Below, piece by piece: positions 40,310 through 53,888 of a stretch of 64,000 nt of DNA; the first letter of the stretch is position 1, and each line of letters starts with the position of its first letter. Made by a program: the position numbers and the translations under genes. Under the pieces are notes generated by a model, which saw only the letters and a list, made by a program, of their open reading frames with translations, was not told where the DNA came from and did not search any database. The stretch is from Felis catus (lineage: Eukaryota): the NCBI RefSeq assembly GCF_018350175.1, contig NC_058368.1:221218001-221282000 (forward strand). Reading direction: 5' to 3'.

Positions 40310-40678
40310 TGGTACCACAGCCTGCCTGTCTTAAACAACCGAAATTTATTTTCTCACTATTCTAGATGCTGGAAGTCCAAAGCCAAGATGGTTTCTCCTG
40401 AGGCCTCTCTCCTTGGCTTGTAGATGACTGGGTTTTCTTTGTTGTTGTTGTTTTGTTTGTTTCTTCTGTGTCTTCACGTGGTCATCTTTCTGTTCTTAGT
40501 TTCCTTTTATAAGGACACCAACCATCTTGGATTAAGGACTATACTAATGACCTCATTTTAAGTTAATTACCTCTTTAAAGACTTTATCTCCAAATGCAGT
40601 CACCTTCTCAGGTACTGGAGTAGTCTCCAGTACTTTATCAGAAGAAGGTTGGAGAGATACATTTCAGCTCATAGCAAT
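40310..40678 (-). mobile_element. MLT1A-like solo LTR
   Basis: TTAAACAACCGAAATTTATTTTCTCAC..GGAAGTCCAA..TCTCCTGAGGCCTCTCTCCTTGGCTTGTAGATG..ATGACCTCATTTTAA..TTACCTCTTTAAAGAC. Confidence 0.8.
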
Positions 40679-41777
40679 TTCTGATAATTTCTTCTTGTTA
40701 TCCAACTTCACCAGTACCTGATCTCTCTTATGAGGTAAAACAGGGACTTTTAACCATATTTTGCTACTGCGTTGTAAGTCCATAATGTGAGTCCTTGCCT
40801 TCTTCTGCTGGACAACTTCCGTTAAACCAATGACACATGTTCTGTTACCAACCCAGTTCAAAATTATTAAAAAATCGATATTACTCAAGATTAGTTTCAT
40901 ATGTGAATGGCAGCGACTCCCGGTGAAATGTGGTATAAATAAGATACGCACTTCTCACTTAAAGTTTCTGAAATAGGGAGCACAGAATGGCTCAACTCCA
41001 TGTGTTCCAAGGGACACAGGTCCTTTTTAATCTTGTTGCTTCTCTGCTAGTGGCTCCATTTCTGAGTTTGACATTATGTCTGCATTCCAACCATTGGGAA
41101 AGAATAAAGGGTGAAAGGGACTTTCCTATTCCTTTCAGAGACTATCTGTAGAACCTCCTACATGATCCTGCTACTTGTATTTTATTGGCTATATCGCCAT
41201 AACAGAGCCACACCTAGCTACAAGGAGGCAAGAGAGTGTTGCTTTTCTTCTGGGTGACCAAATGCCCAACTGAAGAAGAGGAGGATGAATATCGTGTGTT
41301 GGGAAGCAATCAGCAGACTCTCATATACTGAAGTTTATATGCATGTTGGAGAAGAGAGATTACCAATGATTATTCATTTTAATGTCATGTTGACTCAGAG
41401 AATTCAAGGAAATTAAAAGAGAGAATATAAAGTTATCTGAGATGACAAAAGCTAAAATAATAAAATTATTTCAGGTTGTGTGTAGACAGCGAGAGTGACT
41501 AGAAGAACGTTTATTTCAACCAGATTGCCTTAGTCCTCGTTGCCTTCTGATGCTGATCTCTTCAGCTCATCCCTGTACCTTTATTGTTCCTTTGTACACC
41601 AGAAACACCGAACAAGAAAATAACCTCCCCCCCCACCCAATAATATTGATATCGTTCTTTGTTCCAATGATATGTTGACAGAGATCCTTGGTGGAATATT
41701 TTAAATACTATTTTTTTGTTTGTTTGTTTTTATAAAGAAAGATAGCAGAAAAAAATTCAGTTTAAAGAAACTCTACA

Positions 41778-41905
41778 GGGGCACCAGAGTGGCTCAGTCA
41801 GTTAAGCAAATGACTCTTTTGATTTTGGCTCAGGTCATGATCTCACGGTTCGTGAGATTGAACCCCATGGTGGGATCTGTGCTGACAGTGTGGAACCTAC
41901 TTGGG

Positions 41906-41955
<50 letters not shown>

Positions 41956-42031
41956 CCCCCCGCCCCACCACTGCTCAGGCTTTCTCTTTCTCAAAATAAA
42001 TAACCTTAAAAAAAAAAACAAAAAAAAAAAC
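41778..42031 (+). mobile_element. Can-SINE
   Basis: TSD AAAGAAACTCTACA at 41764-41777 and 42032-42045. Confidence 0.95.
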
Positions 42032-42614
42032 AAAGAAACTCTACAAAAGGTAGGAATTAACCACCATCAATACAAACCAATCTAACTCTCATGAAGATGA
42101 ATCCAGTAGAAAGTGGAAGATAGAAATGAAGTAAGATTAACTTAGAAGATAAGGGTTGAGGTTAAAAACAGGACATGAGTTAGGCCTCTCTGGGCACAAA
42201 CCACATAACCTCACTATCTCTTCCTTCTTAGTCTCCTTCACTAGGTCATTCTCCTCTGACAGTATGTGAAATGCAGAGGTACTTCAGGGAAGACTCTCTT
42301 CTCACTTATTAACACCATTTGAAATATGATACCTCGAATAGTCTGTATCTGTAAAGATCATCTTTGTCTCACTGTCCCCTACATTTATTTTTCCAGGACT
42401 GGCATTTCCACTGATCTTTTACACCCATGTAACAAACTGCTTACCTGCCATTCTCACTCGAATATATTAGAGACTCATATTTAATATTTCTGACATAAAT
42501 GATTGATTCTGAGCTCCAGATAACAAAAATATCCCATCTCTGTCGTGTTAGTTCAGGCTCTCAGAGAAATAGAACCCAATAAGAGATTAAATATGCAAAG
42601 ATTTCATTAGAGAG

Positions 42615-45600
42615 GATTAGTTTCTTGTTGCTGCCATAATAAATGATCACAAACTTGGTAGCTTAAAGCAAAATGAATTTATTCTCTAAACATTTTGGAG
42701 GACATTAAGTCCAAAATCAGTGTGTTCACAGGGTCTCACTACCTGCAGACACTGTGAACAAATTCCATTCATTTTCTCCTCCAGGTTCTAATTGCCACTT
42801 ACTTCCTTGGCTTCCTTAGAATATGGCCACATCACACCAGTCTCTGTCTCAGTGGCCACATTGCCTTCTCCTCTTCTCTCTTTTTCTCTTCTATCTGGCT
42901 CAGATTCCTCTGCCCTTCCCTTGTAATGACACTTGTGCTTTTGGAATTAGGCCCTATCCAGATAATCCAGGATTGTATCTTTATTGCAAAATCCTTATTA
43001 TAATTACATCGACAAAGGCTTTTTTTCGAAAATAAGTTAACATTTACAATTTCCAATGGTTAACATGTGGAGATGGGAGCCACTCTATTACCCATTACAG
43101 TCTACCCTCTGGCCCCTCAAAATTCATGTCCATCCAATACCTAACATCCAACACATCCCTCAAATTCCCAGAAGTCTCAACCCACTGTAACATAAACTCT
43201 AAATTCATAATATCATGTACATATCGTGAGCTTAAAAATAAGAATATATATATCACTTAACTCCTAAATCAGATATGAATAAGACTCTGATTGGGTATGG
43301 TACATCCAGAGGCAGAAACTGTTCTCCATTTGTAGACCTGTCAAACTAGAAAACAAATGATATGCTTCCAAAATACAGTGGTTGGACTACCATAGGATAG
43401 ACATTCCCATTCCAAAGGGTAGAAATTCTAAGTAATAAAAAGGTCACCAGTCCCAAGCAATTTTTAAATCTAGCAAGACAAGTTCTATTAGGTTTCAAGG
43501 TCTGAGCATAATCATTTGTGACTTGTAGCTCCACTCTCTGGACATGTGTCTCCACCTTTTAGGGCTGATGCTCCATCTGTTTCTGCCGCAAAGTTGATCT
43601 TCCATTTCCTCACGGGATGACACACGTTTGCAGCTGAATAGCTCTATATTCTTGTTGCTTGCCTGTAGAATTTTGGAAGCCCAGCAGCTTTCTATCATAT
43701 CTCCCTCTCTTGTTCCTTCCGGTTCACACTGGCAGTATTCTTTCTCGACAAATTTGTGTATGTCACAATAATCCAGACCAGTGGACAAGAGGGTCCTCCT
43801 CAGATTATTTTTTTTTAATTTTTTTTTTCAACGGTTTTTTTTTTTTTTTTAATTTATTTTTGGGACAGAGAGAGAGACAGAGCATGAACGGGGGAGGGGC
43901 AGAGAGAGAGGGAGACACAGAATCGGAAACAGGCTCCAGGCTCCGAGCCATCAGCCCAGAGCCTGACGCGGGGCTCGAACTCACGGACCAGGAGATCGTG
44001 ACCTGGCTGAAGTCGGACGCTTAACCGACTGCGCCACCCAGGCGCCCCTCCTCAGATTATTCCTGGATAATCTCATCTCTATTCCTGGCTTTTGCTAAAG
44101 TCTTTGAAATGATCCATCATTTATAAACTTTCAGCATAAGGCTGTCCAGCCACAATCTTGGATCTCTCTCCAGAAGTCCACTTTCCTGAGAGTGAATTTC
44201 CTCATTTTAACATTCTTTGCAAACTGGACAGGCCGAAAACTTCTAAAGTCTAAAAATGGCTGGTTAATTTTTGAACAGTTCCTTCCTCAATTTCTCTTTT
44301 TCTCTCACATTTTATTGTGAGTAGCAAAATAAGTAAACCAGGATGCATCTTCAACAATCTGGAAATCTCCCCAACTAAATATTCAAGTTTATCACTTAAA
44401 AGTTATTCTTTCCATCCGATAGGAGAACATAATTCAGTCAAGTTTCTACACACTATATATAACAAGGCTTGTCTTTCCTCTAGTTTCCAATTACGTGTTT
44501 CTCATTTCCTCCTGAGCGCCTTCCTGCAGTGAATTTAACATTCGATGTCCATCAATATTCTATTTATGAAAATATATTTGTTCTCTAAAGCATTACACAC
44601 TTTCTCTGCTTTGCTCTGTAATTCTATCTAAACCTTCAGCAGAACTGACTTTAGCATCCATAGATCTACCAACTATCTTTCAAAAGCAATCCAGGCATTT
44701 CCTATCATGCTTCTCCAAAATCTTCCAACCTTTACTCAGAATCCAAGTCCAAAACCACATTCATATTTTTATATATTTGTTACAGGAGTATTCCGCTTCC
44801 TAGTACTAAAATTGGCATTAGTTTCCTGTGGCTGCTGTAACAAGCTACCATAACAAATTGGCGGCTGAAAACAAGAGAAATCAACTTGCTCACATCACAG
44901 TTTTGGAGGCCAAAAGTTTAAAAATAATGTGTCATCAGGGCCTCATTCTCTCTAGAAGCCTAGTAGTGTTACCAGTGGGAGAGATTGCTTCCAGTCATTT
45001 GGAGGACTCCTCCCCCAAGTGGGAAGGGGGCATTTTGACTCTACTAGATTAGTATTGGAACCATCATGACAGCCTTTCTCCATGCAAATGCACTATAATG
45101 ACTCTAGGGGTCACCCTGGGGCAGAGGTCGAAGACAAGAGTACATGCTCTGCACCTTTGGCCCTTGAACTGTCAGGCCCAAGGTCTTGGAGACAACAAGG
45201 TAGGGATGTTGTGCCACCAGGCTTCCAATGTGTAACTTCTTTATCACCATCCTTGCCTCCAACCCAAGGCTCTTCTCATTCTTCTTCAAGAACTTGGGAC
45301 TCTGTCTCTGGATCTTCCTTCCACTGCTCCTGTCTAGCTTCTACCTAAAAGTAGATACCTAAAAGTAGAAAATTCCAGTTTCTGTTGGCCACCAGAATTT
45401 CTGGTTTCTTTGACTTATAGCCACATCACTCCAATCTCTGACTTTTTGGTAACATCACTTTTTCCTCTTTTCTATGTCTTCTACTCTTCTAACTCATACT
45501 GTCTCTACTTTTCTGTGACACGGGCACCTGTCATTGGATTTAGGACTCAGGTAATCGAGGATAATCTCCGTATTTCAAGATTCTTAACTTTTAAAAATCT

Positions 45601-45690
45601 GCAAGAACCTTTTATTCCTCAAAAAGTAATATTCACAGGTTCCAGGGAGTAGAACGTACAGATATCATGTTGAGAGCCATCATTTAATAC
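42615..45690 (-). mobile_element. MaLR (MLT1C/D-like) provirus remnant: LTR ~42615-43100, internal ~43100-44815, LTR ~44815-45690
   Basis: Both LTRs start ATTAGTTTC.TGT.GCTGC..TAA.AA..ACCA.AA and share GCCACATCAC.CCA.TCTCTG and GGATAATCT/GATAATCC motifs. Nested SINE at 43810 and an unrelated block at ~44960-45350. Confidence 0.75.
43810..44048 (-). mobile_element. Young Can-SINE (SINEC_Fc)
   Basis: TSD TCCTCAGATTATT at 43797-43809 and 44049-44061. Confidence 0.97.
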
Positions 45691-45942
45691 CCTTTTTGCC
45701 TGTGCAAGAGAAAATAGCCTACCTGCAGGTAGTTGCAAAAGTAATTTAACCACAGGCACAATCTCTCTAATGGTGGAGGGTGGTTGAGAAGTTTGTGAAC
45801 AATGTAAGGAAGATTTTCCAAACCTGTCTCTCAGCCACATGCGGTCTACTGATGTTCAGGCTCATACCAGCATCACCTCCCATCTAGATAACTGCATATC
45901 ACTCTTCTTCCAACTCCCCTATAATCTAAATTATGTGGTGCA

Positions 45943-46148
45943 TTTTTAATGTTTATTTATTTTTTGAGACAAAGAGGCAGAGTGTGAGCAGGGGAGGGGC
46001 ACAGAGAGAGGGAGACACAGAATTTGAAGTAGGTTCCAGGCTCTGAGCCATCAGCACAGAGCCTGATGTGGGGCTTGAACCCATAACCTGTGAGACCATG
46101 ACCTGAGTCAAAGTTGGAACCTTAACCGGCTGAGCTAACCAGGTGCCC
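45943..46148 (-). mobile_element. Can-SINE
   Basis: Antisense consensus ending CAGGTGCCC. Confidence 0.93.
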
Positions 46149-46289
46149 TTGCAGTGTACTTTCTATGGTGGTTTTTAATGAATTCTAATTCCTTTCATTG
46201 TTCCCCAAAGACCTGACTGAGATGAAGCCTAGATACCTCTCTGATCTCACAATTGAAGCTGTAAAGTGATGAAAAAGTAATGTTTCTTT

Positions 46290-46460
46290 ATTTAACAATA
46301 CTTAAATAGTGTTCATCATGTACCAAATATGACCAATCGCTTTGAAAATATTAGTAATACTAATTTCATCTTAAAAAATTAGCTTCATTTTATGGATGAA
46401 TAAATTGAGACACAGTGAGTTTTATTTTCTTGTCTGTTACAAAGCCAATAATGGTGCAAA
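46290..46460 (-). mobile_element. MIR fragment
   Basis: CATTTTATGGATGAATAAATTGAGACACAGTGAG resembles the MIR core. Confidence 0.5.
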
Positions 46461-46926
46461 AGCTGTTGAAAGATAGATTCAGGGATCGAAGGGATGGAGA
46501 TCAACTGCTTGCTTTATCATTACTGAAAAGATTAGAGAATGGAGTGTTAAGTGTGATATGCGGTTTCCTAATATTCATCTTAGAGTAAAATTAATCTACA
46601 CAACTTCAGGCTTCTCAGCTGATTGGAAGGCACCCTCTGTTCAGACAGGCTGTCCAGGTTCCTCCCCCCAAGCCCTATTCAGTGTCTACCTTACTTTTCT
46701 GGACCAGACTAAATTAAAAGGTAGGACAAGAGACCTAGAGTGGTATCCAAATAAATGTTCCTTCACATGGAAACATGAGGAATGAAGAACTCATTTTATC
46801 ACCCAACAATCCCCCAACTTGTTCAGTACCTCTTTGTGCCTTTAATTGTTTCCTCTTGCTGAATTCTCAAGTTCTACAATTAAATTCCCTTAAGTTTTGG
46901 TCCATAGTATTATTTTTATTAGAGAG

Positions 46927-46930
<4 letters not shown>

Positions 46931-46986
<56 letters not shown>
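46931..46986. repeat. (AG)n microsatellite
   Basis: Direct reading of the sequence. Confidence 0.95.
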
Positions 46987-46992
<6 letters not shown>

Positions 46993-47967
46993 CAAGCACA
47001 CTTGCTGGTTTATAAAAAGTGGTTCTGGTTTTAAATTTAAAACGATATGTGTAATATGGACATACCTACTTTCTTAATTTTCCTGCTATTGTTAGTTTTA
47101 CTTGATTGGATTATATTGGCCATGATATTTATGGAGTGACTATTTGAGTTTTTATATGATTTCTTATTTTTAGCTCTGAACTGCACAAGAAAACCTCAGA
47201 AACACTCTTTTTTTTCTTGTTTTAAAATATTTGACCAGTAATAAACATTTTTATTGGTTATGTAGGAGGGATATTGACTCCATTTATAGTGTATTTTATG
47301 TTATATATTTACTACTTATGCATGTAGTTATAAAATATTCAATCCATGGGCATAATAATGAATCAATACAAAAGAAGAGTTCTACTATTTAGGTGTAGGG
47401 TAAGAGGAGTAAACTCAGGGAAGTTTCTTGCCCGTAAGGCTCAACATAATTTAAATAAAACAGGGGAGCTCAAATTTCAATGAGTTTTCAGAGCTATATG
47501 TACACTCAAATGGCTGGTATTCAATATATATTTGTTAAGCTGAATACTTAATGAATGTTAATAAATTACTTGGAGTTGATTCAAGTGTTTCTATTTCAAT
47601 TTGTCTTTGGGTTTTGAGAAATCAGTTTCTACTGTTTGGAATGACTTTCCTAGATTCTCCCTATTTATCCTTCAGGGTTCATTTTGAATGCCACGTTATA
47701 TGAAAACATCCTTCACAATACCAGGCCCTCTTTCACAACACCACACATCACTCGATGGTAGAGAAAGACACAATACTCTGTTCCTAGCACTACCATAGAC
47801 TGAGATCACTCTGTTAATAGAGTTGTGATTGTCTATAATTAACTCTAGCATAGAATTTAGCATCATCCCGGCCAAAGTCTGATCCAACTCTGCCTCTTTA
47901 GTGACTAAACAATTTTCCACACTAACATTTGAATCATGTTTTTAAGGTTAAGATATTAAGGTTGCTG

Positions 47968-48184
47968 TTTTTTTTTTAATGTTTTTTTATTTATTTTTGA
48001 GACAGAGAGAGACAGAGCATGAATGGGGGAGGGGCAGAGAGAGAGGGAGACACAGAATCGGAAGCAGGCTTCAGGCTCTGAGCCATCAGCCCAGAGCCCG
48101 ACGCAGGGCACGAACCCACGAACTGTGAGATCGTGACCTGAGCCGAAGTCGGACGCCCAACCAACTGAGCCACCCAGGCGCCCC
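47968..48184 (-). mobile_element. Can-SINE
   Basis: TSD AAGGTTGCTG at 47958-47967 and 48185-48194. Confidence 0.96.
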
Positions 48185-51100
48185 AAGGTTGCTGTTTTTT
48201 AAGTACCCACAGTTTGGGGAGCATAATGTATATTTAAGATTGTAGATTAAAAAGTACTATGCTGCAATGATTTATATATAGCCTCATGTGATGCTTTTCA
48301 TGCAAGTAAGGTTTGCCCTTGTGTTCTTGGCCATGATTCTGTCTTTCCCACTGTTAATATTGCAACTGTCAAACCAGCTGCTGTCCTCGACCAAAAAGAT
48401 ATTATTTTTCAAACTTTAATAATCCACTTTAATAAGTGGATTTTGGGAAAACATGTTTACAGGTATATGCAGAAAAAGGCTAAATGATGTGTATCTCCAA
48501 GGATGCTAGAATATTTATGAATCTGTAGCAACACCTATATCTGTGTTTTTATATATGGTCTTTAATATTTATTTTTTATCTCAAAATCAATTTTACAACA
48601 TTATTTATAATGTTATTATGTAGGTTTTTTAAAAAAATAAGCATTTTTTTTAGGAAAAGGAATAGAATTTAAATTGATGTTCTTACCTACATTTCATTTG
48701 CATGCAAAGAGTGCATTCCTATTCTTGTCTGTACTGATATTTCAAGCAAAACTACTTTTCCTTGAATAAGAATGTTATTTGTCCTTTTACTTAAGATGAA
48801 TTATGAAGACTACTTATTCGTCAAATGGAAATTAGAACCTCAGTATGACCATACATGAATTTCAAATTTCTAAGGATTCTCTGTGTGTATGTAATGTACA
48901 CATATATGAAACTTGACAATACATAACGTATTTTGTAATATATAATCTATTTCAGGTTGTTCTTATCTATGGGGTCTTTTCCTTACACAAAAAGGAAAAC
49001 GAAGTAAGAAAAAAGTGGCATTGCTAAGGTCATATTAATCTATAATAAATTAGCTTTAATGTGCCAAATAGTAAGTCCACCCCAAAAGCTCATCACTTTT
49101 CATTTTATGTATTCAGGTAAATGAGTCTGGGAGACAGATAGCCACCTAGGAGGACATCACTCTTGAAAGCCCAAAGGTAGCGTAAAGGAAATGGACATTA
49201 GCTGGAGCTTACAGTAATCTCAGAGGATCTTTATAGGTATCAGCTAAGTCATAAATTGACAAAGAACCTTGTTTGCCCTCCGCTGTCAAGAATCATAAGA
49301 AAAGATGTTTAAAATGCCTTGAAAAACTTTAATGGATGGCCATTTGTTTAAACTCCAGCTGTGGTACTTTGCTTGCATTCTTTCCTTTTCTTGGAAGCAT
49401 TACAAATAATAAATATAAGCCCTCCAGCTATAGATTTTCATAGCTGCTCAGTGCTTCTGTAATCCCAAATATTGATCAAATTGCATTTAAGAGTTATCAG
49501 AAGAGTTATATTTAAGTTAACATTTAGATCCTTTCCCAAAAGCATTTTGTATTTAGGTGGTTATATTCTATGTAGAATTAAAGCTACTGTAATTTTAAGA
49601 TAATTAAAAATTAACTCTATTTTTATGTAACATGACTACTGTAGATAATATGTTATAATTTTTGTGTTGTTATTGACATGCTTCAAATGGAGATATATTT
49701 AAAAAGACCTGATATCAAAAAATAATGAATGCAAACATTGAAATACCCTTTTTTCCTTGTCTTGGAATTTGTAATCTTCATTAATGTACTTATCAGATCT
49801 TAACATGAAATATTTTTTAATCCCTATAATCTCAGGAAATTATGATTATATGTTAGACACTAAGTATTTTTTTATTCTCAAATGAATTGTCATATTATCT
49901 CTAAATGTTTAAACACATCTTAAAATAACATGATTTTATTTTTTTGTTAAAATTATAAATTATTATAAATTAATAGAAATGAGTTTTCTGATCTCTTTAC
50001 CTATATTTGTTTTACACATGAAAATATACTTTCCCATTATATATATTTTGATACTAGAGGGTATAAAGTAAAACTTACATGGATGGAAATACTTATATTT
50101 GAAGTCAAATTCAAACTTCCTGCGTGTTCTGGAAATCTGATCTCACAGTGATGTCAACTTCCTAAATCCCTGTAGAAGTGACTCTTTATAGATACATGTA
50201 GCTCTTCGTAGATTCCAACTGTTGTTAATCAAAGTTAAATTTACTGGAATTACTGCCATAAAGAAGAATGTCATCCTGAACAGCCTGTTTCTTCAAATGG
50301 AGGAATTAGGTAGAATATTTATGGGATTGGTTTTAGAGCCTGGACTGGGGGATTTTAATACTGATTATGCAACACTGATCATTTGCTGCATTAAACAGAG
50401 GTTATCACACAATGGCTTTGGATTTGGATGTGGATGAGGTTAGGTTTTTGAACTGAATGTTTTGAAACAAGTTTTTAGTCTCATAAGCTGTTTAATTGGT
50501 TCATGTTTTATACTCGAGAAGCTGGTGGTTCTTGGACCAGAGCAGTTAAGGTTTTTGTTTTGTTTTGGTCTTGGGATTATTTAACACAAGGACAAAAAAA
50601 AAATTCTGCTTTTGTCACTCATCAGCCTCTCTCCCCAACTTGTAGCATTTTTTAACCTAAGCTTAAAGTATGACACCATAATGAAACAATCAGTTTAGAT
50701 CTCTACCACTGTATAATGTATGTGTAATGTCTAGAGTGGTCATGTGGTAAGTTTTTGAAGGTAATTGCTCCACTATCTGTGTCAGGGTTTTCTGTTCTCT
50801 TTGTTGGAAGATCATTTTTTTGGATCACTTAATTAGCTAGCAGTTGCACAGACACATTGACTTCTCTTTCAGTCTCTCATTTGAGTATTACAACGTTGCA
50901 CATACCAAGAGAAGGATTATAATCAGAAGTTGTAGTTCACTTCTAAGGAAGAAGCCACGAGAGCTCAGTTTAAAGTACAAGTACATATCCTTTCCACCAG
51001 TCCAAAGAACACATAAAAGTCCATTTGGGAATATCAGCCAAATTACATAGTTTCATGATTTTTTTTTCTTTTGTAATTGTTTAGTAACATTGAGAGTAAC

Positions 51101-51412
51101 AGATGACTCTGTATGAATGTAAATACAATTATATTAGTCTGAGGTAGCATAAACTTTACCTCAGATAGGCACTATTAGTTCTGTAATTGCCCTATTGAAA
51201 CACTGCCTATCTAACTTCATGAATCTCTTTGATAGTCTTAAGGTCTTAGTGAAAAGATCTAGTTCCGCTATTCTCAGAACTATAGCATGAAGTACTCTGC
51301 TTACTTCCATCACTCATAAAACATGAAAAAAGAGCTTTGGGGATAGAAATTGACATTGCAAAATTTCCCTTATGGTTCAAGTTTGTGAATTCAAATGGAG
51401 TTGTTTTGCTCT

Positions 51413-51625
51413 TTAAAAAAAAAAAATGTTTATTTTGGAGAGAGAGAGAGAGAGACAGTGTGAGCAGGGGAGGTGCAGAGAGAGAGGGAGACACAGAATC
51501 CAAAGCAGGCTCCAGGCTCTGAGCTGTCAGCACACATCCCGAATTGGGGCTCAAACTCACCAACCATGAGATCATGACCTGAGCCAAAGTCAGACGCTTA
51601 ACCAACTGAGCCACCCAGGCTCCCC
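51413..51625 (-). mobile_element. Can-SINE
   Basis: Antisense consensus; TTTTGCTCTTT on both flanks. Confidence 0.94.
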
Positions 51626-51910
51626 TATTTTGCTCTTTTTAAGGTAGATTACCTAAAGAACACCCTTCCTCCTTCTCCCCACTCTCTCATTTTCAATTAT
51701 GAGAAGGAGGTCCCAAAATAAATTCCAAGTTATGTCCTGAGATAGGCATCACTCTACTGAGATAACACACCCCTGTCCAATTTGTAGCTGCAGCTAATAT
51801 ACTCCCCTGACACAAACCCAGTGAGGGTCCTTAGAGACATCAGTGATCTGTTTACAGTCAAAGCCACTCCAGCAAAACCAAAGATAGTTTAGGATTGCAA
51901 GACAACTGGT

Positions 51911-52071
51911 GGGGTGCCTGGGTGGCCGAGATGGTTGAACATCCCATTCTTGATTTTGGCTCAGGTCATGATCCCAGGGTCATGATATCGGGATCAAGCC
52001 CCATGTCAGGCTCTTTGCTGATCATGGAGCCTGCTCAAGATTCTCCCTCTGCCCCTGTCCCCTGCTTGTGC

Positions 52072-52108
<37 letters not shown>
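51911..52108 (+). mobile_element. Can-SINE ending in (CT)n without an A-tail
   Basis: GGGGTGCCTGGGTGGC head; (CT)n at 52076-52108. Confidence 0.9.
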
Positions 52109-52113
<5 letters not shown>

Positions 52114-52144
52114 AAGAGAACACATTCTTTTATAGACAATACAT

Positions 52145-52347
52145 TTTATTTATTATTTATTTATTTGTTTATTTTGAGAGAGAGTACTAGCAGGGAAGGA
52201 GAAGACAGAGAGGAGAGAGAGAATCCCAAGAAGCTCCCTGCTGACAGCACTGAGCCCAAGGTGGGGCTCCATCTCAGGAAACTGAAATCATGACTTGAGC
52301 AAAAATCAGGAGTCAGATGCTTAACTGACTGTGCCACTCAGGTGCCC
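52145..52347 (-). mobile_element. Can-SINE
   Basis: TTTATTTA..GAGAG..GAATCCCAAG..CAGGTGCCC. Confidence 0.9.
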
Positions 52348-53134
52348 ATACTGAGAATACATTTAAAACACAATAATTTTTAGGAATGCAACTTTTTTAA
52401 AGCACTTTTTATTTAAATAACTTAGGAGTATGTTAAAGTTCAAGGAGTTAATGAATATTTTTTGTGTTAAAGGGAACTATTAGCTAGGCACAGGAAAATT
52501 TGGCCAGTTTACAGAAAGGAAGCCCAAATTCTAATTTTAATTTCTATAAAAGATCCACTCATAATTTGTACTCAAGCCTTAATGATGACATTAAATTATG
52601 AATGATTCTTTTCATATTGAGTCAACTTTGTCAACACAATATAATTCATTGTCTCTCTTAAATTAATAATTGTGTATATTATAAACTTAAGCCAATAGAA
52701 GTCACATTTCCAAATATTTTACAATTACCACTTGCCCTCAAATTTGTCTTTTATGATATTTTTGGCTGTTAATATTTTTAATGAACCTCAAAATTCAAAT
52801 ATGCCTATGTATTTAAACATACAAAAATATATAGGTATGCAAATAGGTGGTGTAATTAAAACTTTTAATTTTATACTTAAAATATATCCAATTCCCTCTC
52901 AATACTGAACAATACAATGTGTGTGCTATATTGATGACTTTTCATCTTAATGAATAATAAGAGACAAAATATTTTATATACATATTACAATTTCTCTGTG
53001 AAAATATACATATTATCATTTTTAAACATAGTAATGAACTTTTTTCCTGGATAGAAAAGAAACCCAGAAAGCAGGAAAGCAAGAATTGTTCAAATAACTC
53101 TTTCAAATGAACACATTTCATATCACTGTATTGT

Positions 53135-53640
53135 TTTAAGGTATATAAAAAAAAATTACGATAGAATTAAACAGGCAAGGAAGGCTGTATTTAAAACTGG
53201 CAATAGAAGTCCAGACTATTGCAATAGAGAAAGATTGCACTCATCTTGCTGAAATAAGGCAGGAGAGTTTTTAAGAACTGGGATGAGTTGGTAAAGTAAT
53301 AGAAGAAGTTAGTTTAGAGGTTGATCAGTGTGGTTAGGTCATCTGTTTACTGATTGTTGCTTATGGATCTTAGCCTCTTTTCCTCTCACAGAAATTGGCA
53401 GATAGGGGCTCTGTCTCCCTTGATTACATTTCAAAGGGGTAATTCCCAGGCCCTTAAAGGAGACATTCCTGGTTGTTAAATCTGCAGGAGGCTGGGAAAA
53501 GATTTACCCCACTAGGAGGAAGAGAAATAATATTGAACTGAAAGTTCTCTGAAGTAGAGAAGGGAGGTCAGAGAACCAGAATCAGAAATAAACCCATCTG
53601 AAATGTAGTCAACCTAAGGGGAACATTAAAGCTATGTTGC
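53135..53640. mobile_element. Probable ERV1-class solo LTR
   Basis: GACTATTGCAATAG..GATTACATTTCAAAGGG..CCCAGG..GACATTCCTGG pattern, ~500 bp and more GC-rich than the flanks; family not certain. Confidence 0.4.
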
Positions 53641-53888
53641 AAAATAAAGAAAATGATGTAATATGTGTTTGTGTATGTGTGTATATAATATATGGTATAT
53701 GTTACATGGTAATATATAACTATAACAGATTTATATAAATATATATAATATTTATATACTATATACTATATATTATATAGTTTTACACTATATATTTTTG
53801 TATATATGTGAATATTTATATTTAAAGATATCTGTGTCTTCATGGTCTATTAATCTCTAGCTAACCTGTATATACAAATAAGAAAGAT

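Noticed and set aside
40612..40633. 9-bp inverted repeat GTACTGGAG/CTCCAGTAC (a similar one lies at 48421-48442)
   Set aside because: Short enough to arise by chance or local template switching; this one lies inside an LTR
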